A stretch of DNA of 64,000 nt from Candidatus Obscuribacterales bacterium (lineage in GTDB: Bacteria > Cyanobacteriota > Vampirovibrionia > Obscuribacterales > Obscuribacteraceae), in the NCBI GenBank assembly GCA_965228855.1, contig CBDDIJ010000003.1:3264001-3328000 (forward strand), given 5' to 3'. The translations under genes and the position numbers were made by a program. The notes below the pieces were generated by a model. It made no database searches, had not been told where the DNA came from, and saw only the letters and a program-made list of their open reading frames with translations. Shown here piece by piece: positions 38,578 through 47,997 of this stretch. The number at the start of each line of letters is the position of its first letter. The first letter of the stretch is position 1.

Positions 38578-40845
38578 ATGAGTTACTCCAGATTATGGAT
38601 CACATTTGCCGCCGTTGTCGGATTTTCCTTTTTGGTCCTGGGCTACTTCGGTTACGAAGTATACATGCAGGCTCCACCAGTGCCGGAACAAATACGTTCG
38701 GAAGAAGGCAAAGTTCTCTTTACCGAACACGATATAAAGGAAGGTCAGAGCGTATGGCAGTCAATTGGCGGACAAGAGGTCGGCTCCGTCTGGGGGCATG
38801 GTGCTTACGTCGCGCCCGACTGGTCTGCGGATTTTTTGCACAGACAACTCCTCGTTATTCTTGATTGCTGGGCACAAAAGGAGGCTGGTCTAGAATTTTC
38901 TAAACTGGATCCTGAAAAGCAAGCGGCACTTGGTCAACGCCTCAAGAATCTTGTTCGAAAAAACAGGTTCGATCAGGCGAGCAAGGTGCTGACCATAAGC
39001 ACTGACGAATCCTCGGCAATAGACAAAGTAGGAAAACATTATACGGCGCTGTTCACAGGTGATCCGTCCATGCATGAGTTGCGCGACGCTTATGCATTAC
39101 AACCACAGGCAGTTAAAGACCCTGTCAAAATGCGGCAGATGGTCGCATTTTTTTACTGGACCGCTTGGGCGTGCAGTACAAACAGGCCCGGAAGTGACGT
39201 CACCTACACCAACAACTGGCCCGCCGAATCTTTGATCGGGAACGCGCCAACCGGTGCGATTATAGTCTGGTCTGTTTTGAGCTTTGTGTTTCTGCTGGCC
39301 GGCATTGGAGCACTTTCCTGGTATTTCGCGGCAGAGCGCGGGAGAGAAACAGAACACTCGCACGACATTCCGTCAAGCGATCCACTGTTGGCATTGACCC
39401 CGACCCCTTCAATGCAAGCAACGCAAAAATACTTTTGGGTTGCTGGTGCATTGCTAGTAGTGCAGGTCGGTCTTGGCGCAGTGACGGCGCACTACGGAGT
39501 CGAAGGTTCCGGGTTCTATGGCATTCCACTTTCGAATTGGTTGCCATACGCAGTGACGCGAACGTGGCATACACAACTTGGTATTCTTTGGATCGCTACA
39601 ACTTGGTTAGCAACAGGATTGTTCATTGCGCCGGCTGTTTCTGGCTATGAGCCTAGATTTCAGCGCGCTGGAGTGAATATCCTTTTTGCGTGTTTACTCA
39701 TAATTGTTGTCGGCTCAATGGCCGGTCAGTGGTTGGGAGTTCAGCAAACACTGGGACTGGATGCCAATTTCTGGTTTGGACACCAAGGATATGAGTATGT
39801 CGACTTAGGAAGATTCTGGCAGATATTTTTGTTTGCTGGTCTCTTCATTTGGTTGGGTCTTATGGCAAGAGCTTTGATGCCCGCATTTAAACGTCCTGAA
39901 GAAAACAAAAGTCTGCTGTCATTATTTCTGATTGCCTCGATCGCGATCGCTTTATTCTATGGGGCAGGGTTGATGTACGGTCGTCACACGAATCTTGCCA
40001 TCGCTGAATACTGGCGCTGGTGGGTTGTTCACCTGTGGGTGGAGGGATTCTTCGAGGTATTCGCAACAGTCGTGATTGCCTTTTTGTTTACACGGATGGG
40101 ACTGCTAGCTCATCGAACAGCAACTGCCAGCGTGCTTTTCTCAACGATCATATTTCTTGCCGGCGGCATCATCGGTACGATGCATCACCTTTACTTCTCA
40201 GGAACCCCTACACCAGTGCTTGCGTGGGGAGCGACTTTCAGCGCACTGGAAGTGGTACCGCTGATTCTTATTGGTTTTGAAGCCTACGGCAATCTCACTT
40301 TGAGCAAAGCTAAGTCATGGGTTAAAGCATATCGATGGCCGATTAATTTCTTTGTGGCCGTCGCCTTCTGGAACATGGTAGGTGCAGGATTGTTCGGTTT
40401 CCTCATCAACCCACCCATAGCTCTGTATTACATGCAGGGACTGAACACCACAGCGGTTCACGGTCATACAGCGCTCTTCGGCGTCTACGGAATGCTCGCG
40501 ATCGGTTTGATGCTTTTCTGCCTGAAAGGACTCGCAACACGCAATTTGTGGAAACCCGGAACTGTGCGGTTTGCGTTCTGGTCGATAAATGTCGGTCTGG
40601 GATTAATGGTGCTTCTCAGCCTTTTGCCAGTAGGGCTATTACAAACGTGGGCAAGCGTAGAACACGGACTCTGGTACGCGCGTTCTGCCGAATTCATGCA
40701 AACTCCTACCATGAACCTCCTTCGGTGGCTGAGAGTAATCGGAGACACGATTTTTGCAGTCGGCGTTTTCGCACTTGGCTGGTTTGTTCTTGGTCTGAAG
40801 ACAGGCTGGTCTATAGCAGGACATGTAGATCCGGATTTGCCATAA
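38578..40845 (+). CDS. norB: Quinol-dependent nitric oxide reductase (qNOR)
   Basis: GSVWGHGAYVAPDWSADFLH, RTWHTQL, QGYEYVDLGR, WWVVHLWVEGFFEVF, GTMHHLY, HGHTALFGVYG; 755 aa. Confidence 0.96.
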   Translation: MSYSRLWITFAAVVGFSFLVLGYFGYEVYMQAPPVPEQIRSEEGKVLFTEHDIKEGQSVWQSIGGQEVGSVWGHGAYVAPDWSADFLHRQLLVILDCWAQKEAGLEFSKLDPEKQAALGQRLKNLVRKNRFDQASKVLTISTDESSAIDKVGKHYTALFTGDPSMHELRDAYALQPQAVKDPVKMRQMVAFFYWTAWACSTNRPGSDVTYTNNWPAESLIGNAPTGAIIVWSVLSFVFLLAGIGALSWYFAAERGRETEHSHDIPSSDPLLALTPTPSMQATQKYFWVAGALLVVQVGLGAVTAHYGVEGSGFYGIPLSNWLPYAVTRTWHTQLGILWIATTWLATGLFIAPAVSGYEPRFQRAGVNILFACLLIIVVGSMAGQWLGVQQTLGLDANFWFGHQGYEYVDLGRFWQIFLFAGLFIWLGLMARALMPAFKRPEENKSLLSLFLIASIAIALFYGAGLMYGRHTNLAIAEYWRWWVVHLWVEGFFEVFATVVIAFLFTRMGLLAHRTATASVLFSTIIFLAGGIIGTMHHLYFSGTPTPVLAWGATFSALEVVPLILIGFEAYGNLTLSKAKSWVKAYRWPINFFVAVAFWNMVGAGLFGFLINPPIALYYMQGLNTTAVHGHTALFGVYGMLAIGLMLFCLKGLATRNLWKPGTVRFAFWSINVGLGLMVLLSLLPVGLLQTWASVEHGLWYARSAEFMQTPTMNLLRWLRVIGDTIFAVGVFALGWFVLGLKTGWSIAGHVDPDLP

Positions 40846-41039
40846 CAGATCCTGTTAGTTAGCGTTTCACATCGAATTTCGAGTGAGCAACGTCTGAGAA
40901 AACTCTTGAACCTGCTATCGAATCAAATTGATTTCGATCCATCTTTTCACAGGAGTTCGTTCTGTGAAGAGATTCAACTGGAGAAACGGTAAACATCAGA
41001 GAAACACGTATTTCTTGCAGATATCCACAAATCACAATG

Positions 41040-41085
41040 TCTAAATATTCAAACTCTTGCACATTTGCATAAGAAGTGCTAAATT
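41040..41085 (+). promoter_or_regulatory. Operator site 1 (AATATTCA-N6-TGCACATT, 41044-41065) overlapping the -35 of a putative sigma70 promoter TTGCAC-N17-TAAATT with extended TG
   Basis: 22/25 identical to 46976-47000; -35 at 41057-41062, -10 at 41080-41085. Confidence 0.65.
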
Positions 41086-41151
41086 CGGAATTGTCATCTG
41101 CTCGACCGAACGCGGGCGACTGAAAAAGGTTGCCGCGTTGCTGGAGTAAAC

Positions 41152-42945
41152 GTGCAAAGTAATCACGACGAACACCACAGTGCAACTCCAATGCAGCGCC
41201 TCGGAGCGCTGCTCGTTGCCGACAAACATGACCTCGGTATTCTGGTTGTATACACTTTAATAACCAGTCTAATTTCACTGGCAGTGCCACTTGCGGCCCA
41301 GGCGTTAGTTAACACTATTGCCGCCGGAATCTTTCTGCAACCGCTGATAGTTCTGTCGTTGCTCGTTCTTTCCGGACTCCTCTTCGGTAGCGTGGTAAGA
41401 ATGCTCAAGTTTTGCATTGTGGAGAATCTGCAACAGAGAATTTTCGCGCGAATTACTCTTCGCCTCAGTGAACGCATCCCGGCTATAAAATCATCCGCGT
41501 TGAATGCTGAATACATGCCGGAACTCATAAACCGCTTTTTCGACGTCGTAACGATTCAAAAAAGTTGGGCGAAACTACTTCTCGAGGTACCCACAGCAGT
41601 ACTACAGGTAGTTCTGGGTCTGGTGCTCATGGCCTTTTACAGTCCCCTCCTGCTCGCCTTCGATGTCCTCATCATCCTGTTTATCATCTTCGCCGTCAGC
41701 GTCCTTGGCATAGGCGGTCTGCGGACCAGTATCAAGGAGTCAGTATTAAAGTACAGGGTGGCAGAGTGGCTCGAGGACATGGGAAGATGCCAATCAAGTC
41801 TAAAAACGAATGGAATCACGCACTTTCTCTCGCGGCGTTCCGATAGCCTGGTCATAAACTATCTTAAAGCGCGAAGTGAGCATTTTGCGGTTTTGTTCCG
41901 GCAGGCACTGGGGACCTATTTCTTCCAGGCGTTTGCAAGCGCTGGAATCTTAGCCATCGGTGGATGGCTCGTCATAAACCGTCAGCTTACACTAGGTCAG
42001 CTTGTGGCGGCCGAGCTAATCGTGTTGAACGTCCTATCTGCCCTGGAGAAATTAGTCCGTAATTGCGATACGTTTTACGATCTTCTCACTGGCTTAGACA
42101 AGGTCGGTCATATCAGCGATCTCCCGATTGAACGAAATAACGGGCTCGACCTTCCGCAAACGACAGAAGGGCTTAGCATAGAGTGCTTGAGACTGCACTT
42201 CTCCTATGACCAGACCCGTGAGATTCTGTCGGACATGGATCTCTCGGTGGAAGCCGGTGAGCGAGCTAGTTTGGTCGGAGCCAGCGGCGCAGGTAAGACG
42301 ACTCTAGCGTCCCTGGTATGCGGACTGCAAGACCCCAGTCACGGCACTGTAGAAGTAAACGGTTTCGACGTAAGAGATCTCAGTTTGTTGAGTTTGCGTC
42401 GCCAGGTTGGTATTGTCGGCGATATCAATGAAATTTTCGACGGCACGATCGAAGAGAATGTCGGATTAGGCAGACCGACTGTGTCTCACCGGGATATACG
42501 CTGGGCACTCGATGTCGCACAGTTCACCGAGGATCTCGTGGTGCTTCCGAATGGAATCAACACAATGTTGGTGAGCGGTGGTCGAAATCTGTCCCGCGGT
42601 CAGGTGCAACGACTGTTGATCGCAAGAGCGATTGCGGAGCGACCGAAACTTCTAATTCTCGACGAAGCGTTTACCGGAATAGATGAAAAAACCAAGCTGA
42701 AAATCATCGATGCGCTCTTTTCCAAAGATAACAGGTGGACCGTGTTCGATATCTCCCACGACGCCGAAGTAGTAATGCGGTCAGACAAAGTTTACGTACT
42801 CAGCGATGGAAAAATATGCGAATCAGGGACACCGACAGACCTCGCTTGGCGCGACCAAAGCGAGTTCGGACACCTGTTCCCGGAACTTGCTCGGCAAATT
42901 CGTGCGGTGGAGAGAAGGAAAAAGGAGCGTGTAGAAAGCAGATGA
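41152..42945 (+). CDS. Type I secretion-like ABC transporter (permease plus ATPase, no C39 domain)
   Basis: TM domain with LTLGQLVAAE; Walker A GASGAGKT, signature LSRGQ, Walker B LILDE, ISHD. Confidence 0.9.
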   Translation: MQSNHDEHHSATPMQRLGALLVADKHDLGILVVYTLITSLISLAVPLAAQALVNTIAAGIFLQPLIVLSLLVLSGLLFGSVVRMLKFCIVENLQQRIFARITLRLSERIPAIKSSALNAEYMPELINRFFDVVTIQKSWAKLLLEVPTAVLQVVLGLVLMAFYSPLLLAFDVLIILFIIFAVSVLGIGGLRTSIKESVLKYRVAEWLEDMGRCQSSLKTNGITHFLSRRSDSLVINYLKARSEHFAVLFRQALGTYFFQAFASAGILAIGGWLVINRQLTLGQLVAAELIVLNVLSALEKLVRNCDTFYDLLTGLDKVGHISDLPIERNNGLDLPQTTEGLSIECLRLHFSYDQTREILSDMDLSVEAGERASLVGASGAGKTTLASLVCGLQDPSHGTVEVNGFDVRDLSLLSLRRQVGIVGDINEIFDGTIEENVGLGRPTVSHRDIRWALDVAQFTEDLVVLPNGINTMLVSGGRNLSRGQVQRLLIARAIAERPKLLILDEAFTGIDEKTKLKIIDALFSKDNRWTVFDISHDAEVVMRSDKVYVLSDGKICESGTPTDLAWRDQSEFGHLFPELARQIRAVERRKKERVESR

Positions 42946-44393
42946 ATGGCAACATTGACTGTTCAAACGAAACAGAAGCGCCGGCAACTGTAAAGACGAT
43001 CACCCCGGAGACCGGTCATAGAGAGATTGGGAACTATGAATCGCTAAAGATAGTTGAGTCGAAAAACGGCTACACCATCGTCGCCTTGATATTCTCCGCG
43101 TTGCTCACATCTCTCTGCGCAATGCTCGTTTACGTTCCATGGCAACAGAGCGTTCATGGATCGGGCAAGATAATCATTTTTTCTCCGATGCAACGACCTC
43201 AAAACATCGAATCACAAATACCCGCTCGCCTCAAGCATTGGTACGTCCGAGATGGCCAGACCGTAAAGAAAGGGGAACTGATAGCTGAACTGTCAGACCT
43301 GGATCCAAAGTTCCTAGATCCTCTACAAGGAAGCCGCTTAAACGCGCAAAAGCAGGCACTCATTAAAAGACGCGATGCTGCAGAAAACCGACTCAAGGCC
43401 CTGGAAAAACAAATTGGTAGTTTGAAACGCTCGCAGGATGCGGCAGTCCCATCAGCGCAAGAGCGCTCACAGCAGGCGAAAGATCGTCAGTGGGCAGCGG
43501 AACAGTCAGTTGAGGCAGCCAAGCAGAATATGCTCACTACCAAGCTAAATCTCGCTCGATTGAAAGAGCTACATGAAAAAGGTCTGAAATCAAAACGTGA
43601 TCTAGAACTTGCAGAGCTAGACAACACCAGGGCATTGACGGACCTTGAGCGCGCGCAAGCCGGACTGGAAGTGGCCAAACGTGATCAGACAGTAGCGTTC
43701 CTCGATCAGAACAAAGTGCTCGCCGATACGGATGCCACCATAAGCAGTATCGGCGCCTCGATAGCCGCAGCACAAGAAACAATCGAATCTACAACCAGCG
43801 AAATCTTCAAGCTCGAAATAGAATTGCAGAACGTCGCACAACGAACCGAGCAGCGCAAAGTTTTTGCTCCGTGTGCCGGACGAATAGTTCGCTTACTCAA
43901 GGTCGGAACGGGCGAGACGGTGGACGCAGGTATGGTCCTCGCGGTTCTCGCACCAGACACCCAAGACCTGGCAGCTGAGCTTACTGTTAGCGACAATGAC
44001 GCGCCCTTGATTTCGGTGGGACGACCAGTTCGATTACAATTTGCGGGTTGGCCCGCGCTTCAGTTCGCGGGTTGGCCCTCTGTCGCTGTCGGGACCTTCG
44101 GCGGCAGAGTGACGGTGATCGACGCTTGCGACGATGGGAAAAGCAACTACCGAATAATCGTAAAACCAGACTCCGATGCAATTAAAAAGGGCAGAGATGA
44201 GCCTTGGCCTGATGCGAAATATTTGCGACCAGGCGCAGAGGTGACCGGCTGGATAATGCTGGATAACGTTAGTTTGGGCTTTGAACTCTGGCGCCAATTC
44301 AACGCATTCCCACCAACAGTCAAGCCGGAAGAACTGGGTCTACACAAAGCCGGAGAAACCGATTCTTCGAAAATCAAACGCAAGTCGAAATAG
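42942..44393 (+). CDS. HlyD-family membrane fusion protein
   Basis: ATGA overlap with the ABC stop; TM helix, lipoyl halves ([19 protein letters not shown]), long coiled coil, [22 protein letters not shown]. Confidence 0.9.
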   Translation: MNGNIDCSNETEAPATVKTITPETGHREIGNYESLKIVESKNGYTIVALIFSALLTSLCAMLVYVPWQQSVHGSGKIIIFSPMQRPQNIESQIPARLKHWYVRDGQTVKKGELIAELSDLDPKFLDPLQGSRLNAQKQALIKRRDAAENRLKALEKQIGSLKRSQDAAVPSAQERSQQAKDRQWAAEQSVEAAKQNMLTTKLNLARLKELHEKGLKSKRDLELAELDNTRALTDLERAQAGLEVAKRDQTVAFLDQNKVLADTDATISSIGASIAAAQETIESTTSEIFKLEIELQNVAQRTEQRKVFAPCAGRIVRLLKVGTGETVDAGMVLAVLAPDTQDLAAELTVSDNDAPLISVGRPVRLQFAGWPALQFAGWPSVAVGTFGGRVTVIDACDDGKSNYRIIVKPDSDAIKKGRDEPWPDAKYLRPGAEVTGWIMLDNVSLGFELWRQFNAFPPTVKPEELGLHKAGETDSSKIKRKSK

Positions 44394-44404
44394 GAACTGA
44401 CAAG

Positions 44405-45904
44405 ATGCTGTTTTCGCGGTGGCAAATAGCCATCCTTCTCACCTTGATATGCTCCATCGGTGCAATCACCAGATCTGAGGCATTGGCGCAAAATGACCTG
44501 GCTGATCAGACTCTGCCTCCTCTTCGAGGGAACCGCAAAGCGCCACTGCCTGTGGTGCCAGCGAATGATGCAAGTAATGGATTTTCTTTAGACCATTTTC
44601 TGCAACTGGTTGAAAATAATTATCCAAAACTGCAGAGCGCATTCACGGAGAAACGGATTGCAAGCGCCAAACGTCTGGAAAAAGCGGGGGCATTCGATCC
44701 CGTGTTGAGCAGCGTCAATGAGTATCTGCGCGTGCAGGATACATTTACACCAGGCAAAGCGAAAGATGCTGTACACAATGAATCACGAGTCGATTTGCTT
44801 ACACGCTCGGGCATCAAGGTGTTCACAGGAATGCGGCTCAATCCGAATGACACAAAAACGCCATTTGTTCCAACCGGTACAGCTGGAGAATACTATGCTG
44901 GAGTCACGGTACCGCTTCTAAGAGGTCTGGTGGTCAACGAAAAAGTCGCAGCCGAGGACCAGGCCAAGTTAGGAGAGCCATTAGCGGAACAGCTATTCGG
45001 AGCAACACGCCTGGAAGTTCTTCTCAAGGCCGCAGCGGTTTACTGGGACTGGGTTGGAGCAAAAGCTCGCATTGACATTGCTCGGAATCTTTTGAAAATC
45101 GCCGAGACGAGAGTGGAGCAAATTAGAGAGCGCGTAGCAAACGGGGATCTTCCCGCACTGGACATCTCCGAATCCGAGCAGGAAACGCAACGGCGCAAAG
45201 CTGCCCTGATAAAGAGCGAACGAGAGTTCCAAAAAGCCAGTTTCCAGTTGTCTGTTTTTCTTTGGGACAGTAACGGTGCTCCGTCATTAATACCTGGAAT
45301 TAACGAGGTTCCGACTCTGAGCCCGGAACCTCGCAAGCTAAGCGAAACAGAACGTATGGACGGCAGAAGACTGGCCATTGCTCAACGCCCCGAGTTGAAG
45401 AGAATTGCTCTTGAGCGAGAGCAAGCCAAGGTAGAGCTCCGGCTCGCAGAGAATATGAAGTTGCCGGCGATGGACGCATACGTTTTACAGGGTGCCGACA
45501 CCGGAGAAAATGGAATCGGACCGGTTGTGCGCGCCGGCATGGCCGTCAACTTTCCCCTACGCCAGCGAGCCGCACGAGGACAGGCCGAGGCGGCTCGATT
45601 AAAGATTCAGAAATTGAACTTCGATGAAAGTGTCGAGAAACTACGAATCCAGGCAGAGGTAGACGACGCAGTCTCGGCGATAAACACCTCATGCGATAGA
45701 TGGAATGCAACACTGACAGAGGTGAAGAAGGCCCAGCAAGTGGAGGAGGGGGAGCGTCAACGATTCAGTGCAGGCGATGGGAATTTGTTTCTCGTAAATC
45801 TTCGGGAACGCGCAACAGCGGAAGCAAAGATGCGCCTGGCCGAGGTTCATATTGACTACCTGCAAGCACAGGCAGCTTTCCGCGCCGTAACTTGTAGACT
45901 TTGA
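44405..45904 (+). CDS. TolC-family outer membrane channel
   Basis: Signal peptide, GAFDP, YWDW, RPELK, GDGNLFLVNLRE; follows hlyD by 11 bp. Confidence 0.9.
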   Translation: MLFSRWQIAILLTLICSIGAITRSEALAQNDLADQTLPPLRGNRKAPLPVVPANDASNGFSLDHFLQLVENNYPKLQSAFTEKRIASAKRLEKAGAFDPVLSSVNEYLRVQDTFTPGKAKDAVHNESRVDLLTRSGIKVFTGMRLNPNDTKTPFVPTGTAGEYYAGVTVPLLRGLVVNEKVAAEDQAKLGEPLAEQLFGATRLEVLLKAAAVYWDWVGAKARIDIARNLLKIAETRVEQIRERVANGDLPALDISESEQETQRRKAALIKSEREFQKASFQLSVFLWDSNGAPSLIPGINEVPTLSPEPRKLSETERMDGRRLAIAQRPELKRIALEREQAKVELRLAENMKLPAMDAYVLQGADTGENGIGPVVRAGMAVNFPLRQRAARGQAEAARLKIQKLNFDESVEKLRIQAEVDDAVSAINTSCDRWNATLTEVKKAQQVEEGERQRFSAGDGNLFLVNLRERATAEAKMRLAEVHIDYLQAQAAFRAVTCRL

Positions 45905-45916
45905 GAGAACTTATCC

Positions 45917-45956
45917 TTGACTGATTGCTGTATATGTAGATATCCTGATATTTGCA
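45917..45956 (+). promoter_or_regulatory. Putative promoter TTGACT-N18-TATCCT with weak operator-like site (ATATGTA-N6-CTGATAT-TTGCA) upstream of ArsR-1
   Basis: Degenerate match to sites 1 and 3, including the trailing ATTTGCA. Confidence 0.4.
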
Positions 45957-45978
45957 CAAGTCAAATCAGAGGTGGGGA

Positions 45979-46368
45979 ATGCCTTATCGAGCAGTCGTGA
46001 GCGCAGAATTAGCGAAATTATTCAGCGTGCTGTCCCATCCTGTGCGCATCCGTATAATCGAAGAGCTCAAGAAAGAAGACCTTACAGTTGGCACACTGAA
46101 AGATATGCTTGGCATAACTCACTCCGCAGTTTCTCAACAACTTGCTGTGCTTCGCAGTCATCATCTCGTCAACGAGATGAGACAAGGTCGAAACGTTTTC
46201 TATCATTTGCGCCGGCCGGAGCTTGCTGAATGGATAATGGAAGGCGTCACATTCATATCCCCGGACGCCTCTGAACTGGAACAAATGATGTCTGCGATTC
46301 AAAGCGTAAGAGACGTTTGGGGCGCAGATGAAAAGCCGCAGACGAAACGCAAAAAAAGAAACGCCTGA
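45979..46368 (+). CDS. ArsR/SmtB family transcriptional regulator (ArsR-1, no Cys)
   Basis: FSVLSHPVRIRII, SAVSQQLAVLR, RQGRNVFY; ATG 45979 follows GAGGTGGGG. Confidence 0.92.
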   Translation: MPYRAVVSAELAKLFSVLSHPVRIRIIEELKKEDLTVGTLKDMLGITHSAVSQQLAVLRSHHLVNEMRQGRNVFYHLRRPELAEWIMEGVTFISPDASELEQMMSAIQSVRDVWGADEKPQTKRKKRNA

Positions 46369-46385
46369 TCATTGGTCGCATTTGC

Positions 46386-46781
46386 TCACTGAAGCTCAGG
46401 AGCATCAGAATTCTCTGTATCAATGCTGTCTGACGAAGACCATTTAGCGAATACCTTTTGGGCCGCAACGCTCATTGTGGTTGAATCATGTTCATATCGA
46501 ACGATAAAGGGAATTGCCTTGATTATCCAAACAGGTAAGTCTGGAAATGCGAGCCTGTAGAGGACAAAGCGACCATGACGCCTCTCCTTAATCAAATTTT
46601 GCGCTCGAAGTAAAGCCAGATGTTGAGACACCGATGATTGTCTAGCGCCAAGACGCTCGCGCAAAGAGTTGACGCAAAGCTCGCCCTGGCGCAACTCGAT
46701 AAGAATGCGCAACCGGAGCGGATGGGACAGAACATTGAACATCTCGGCCAATTGCTGGGAAACAAGAACTTGGGATGGCAT
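46386..46781 (-). CDS. ArsR/SmtB family transcriptional regulator (ArsR-2, paralog of ArsR-1)
   Basis: FNVLSHPLRLRIL, ELCVNSL, SSVSQHLALLR, RHGRFVLY. Confidence 0.92.
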   Translation of the reverse strand: MPSQVLVSQQLAEMFNVLSHPLRLRILIELRQGELCVNSLRERLGARQSSVSQHLALLRAQNLIKERRHGRFVLYRLAFPDLPVWIIKAIPFIVRYEHDSTTMSVAAQKVFAKWSSSDSIDTENSDAPELQ

Positions 46782-46804
46782 GTGCTCACTCCACGCAACA
46801 CATC

Positions 46805-46870
46805 TGCAAATGTTTAGACTTTTGAATATTAAGACACATAAACACTAGCACATTTTCCACAAGCTGCCAA
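46805..46870 (-). promoter_or_regulatory. Putative promoter TTGGCA-N17-TAGTGT (extended TG) followed by operator site 3 (AATATTCA-N6-TAAACATT on the minus strand, 46809-46830)
   Basis: Minus strand GTCTTAATATTCAAAAGTCTAAACATTTGCA aligns with site 1 GTCTAAATATTCAAACTCTTGCACATTTGCA. Confidence 0.6.
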
Positions 46871-46931
46871 GATCAGCGCGGTGTCAACGTTTTACTTAAA
46901 ACAGCGACCGTGGCCAAACTTCAAAACTCTG

Positions 46932-47001
46932 TTGACGCAGCTAACGGATAGGGTATACTTTCAATCATGCGCACTTCTAAATATTCAAATCTTTGCACAT
47001 A
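46932..47001 (+). promoter_or_regulatory. Putative sigma70 promoter TTGACG-N16-TATACT followed by operator site 2 (46976-47001)
   Basis: -35 at 46932-46937, -10 at 46954-46959; TCTAAATATTCAAATCTTTGCACAT lies between the predicted TSS and the RBS. Confidence 0.65.
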
Positions 47002-47013
47002 ATGAGGTCAACC

Positions 47014-47976
47014 ATGCAACCACAATTTACCGGCGACGAAATCCTGTACGCCACAAACGGCCATCTCAAGTCAGGCACCATATCCGACACCAAGGGGGCG
47101 CTGACCTGGAAGATCGATGATTTGAAACCGGGCGATTGGTTTTTAGCAATACCTTCACCGTTCCGGGATCCGCACGACTGCCTGAATCTCGCATTCGAGA
47201 AAGGGGCGAGCGGTGTTATCGTGAATCGACGCAACAGGTATTCCTCCGCCGCCGATGGTGGCACCATTATTACCGTCTCCGACACAAGAACAGCACTACT
47301 CGATCTCGTCCGCCACTGGCGCTTCAAGGTTAAACCGAAAGTAGTCGCGGTTTCGGGCACCTTCGGTCGACAAGTGACAATGTTATTGCTCAGTCAGCTC
47401 TTAAGTGAAAAATTTAAAACGCACCTAGCTCCAATGGGAAATCTCGGTTGGTTTGGCTGCATCGAAGAAGTCCTGTCCATGCCGGAAGACACTGATGTTC
47501 TTATCTTCGAAGCTGGTGCAATCGAACGTGGTGACATCACACGGATAGGTGGAGCACTGGTTCCTGATTTTGCGGTTCTGACCCAGATACGGCATCCGCT
47601 GCCATCACAAGAGCGTGATGAATTCGCCGCCGCGCTTTACTGTGAGCTTCTGGAGACACTGGCCGAACAACCTCACGGACGGGTCGCAGCAGCCATCTAT
47701 GACCTCAATATGCCAGTGAGAAATCGAGTTGATGAGCTACTTGAGGGAAGCAACCTGATGGCAGCCAGATATTCGATACCCGGCGAATCATCCCTGGCCG
47801 GTGAGGTCACAGACGAGGCTCTAGCCGAGCTGAGCGCCGCAATTAAGAAAGCAACCGGTCAAACAGTCACGCGAGCGGAACTCTGGTGCGCAATAGAAGC
47901 AGCTAGAGCACTGGGCGTGTCCAACGCCGACCTTGAAAGCCTGCTTAATTTAAAACCAATCGCATCGGTTCAGTAG
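47014..47976 (+). CDS. Degenerate MurF-like protein (Mur ligase N-terminal plus central domain, no C-terminal domain)
   Basis: LKPGDWFLAI..DPHD..AFEKGA, VSDTRTALLDL, VVAVSGTFGR, IFEAG, PDFAVLTQI. The P-loop Lys is absent. ATG 47014 follows GAGG. Confidence 0.75.
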   Translation: MQPQFTGDEILYATNGHLKSGTISDTKGALTWKIDDLKPGDWFLAIPSPFRDPHDCLNLAFEKGASGVIVNRRNRYSSAADGGTIITVSDTRTALLDLVRHWRFKVKPKVVAVSGTFGRQVTMLLLSQLLSEKFKTHLAPMGNLGWFGCIEEVLSMPEDTDVLIFEAGAIERGDITRIGGALVPDFAVLTQIRHPLPSQERDEFAAALYCELLETLAEQPHGRVAAAIYDLNMPVRNRVDELLEGSNLMAARYSIPGESSLAGEVTDEALAELSAAIKKATGQTVTRAELWCAIEAARALGVSNADLESLLNLKPIASVQ

Positions 47977-47997
47977 AGCATAAAACAAGAGAGAGTT

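Noticed and set aside
38578..40845. Possible nitric oxide dismutase (NOD) rather than qNOR
   Set aside because: Active-site motifs (HLWVEGFFE, GTMHH, HGH, RTWHTQ) are canonical qNOR, without the substitutions typical of NOD.
40859..41290. 143-aa minus-strand ORF and similar short antisense ORFs across the window
   Set aside because: They overlap well-supported genes or promoters on the opposite strand and have no recognisable motifs; treated as shadow ORFs.
42735..42941. N-terminal extension of the HlyD ORF in the ORF track
   Set aside because: It overlaps the ABC gene by about 200 bp; the ATGA-coupled start at 42942 is more plausible.
47014..47976. Idea that the MurF-like protein senses CO2 through the carbamylated Lys of Mur ligases
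   Set aside because: By eye the equivalent position is Tyr (ALYCEL), so the carbamylation site appears lost.
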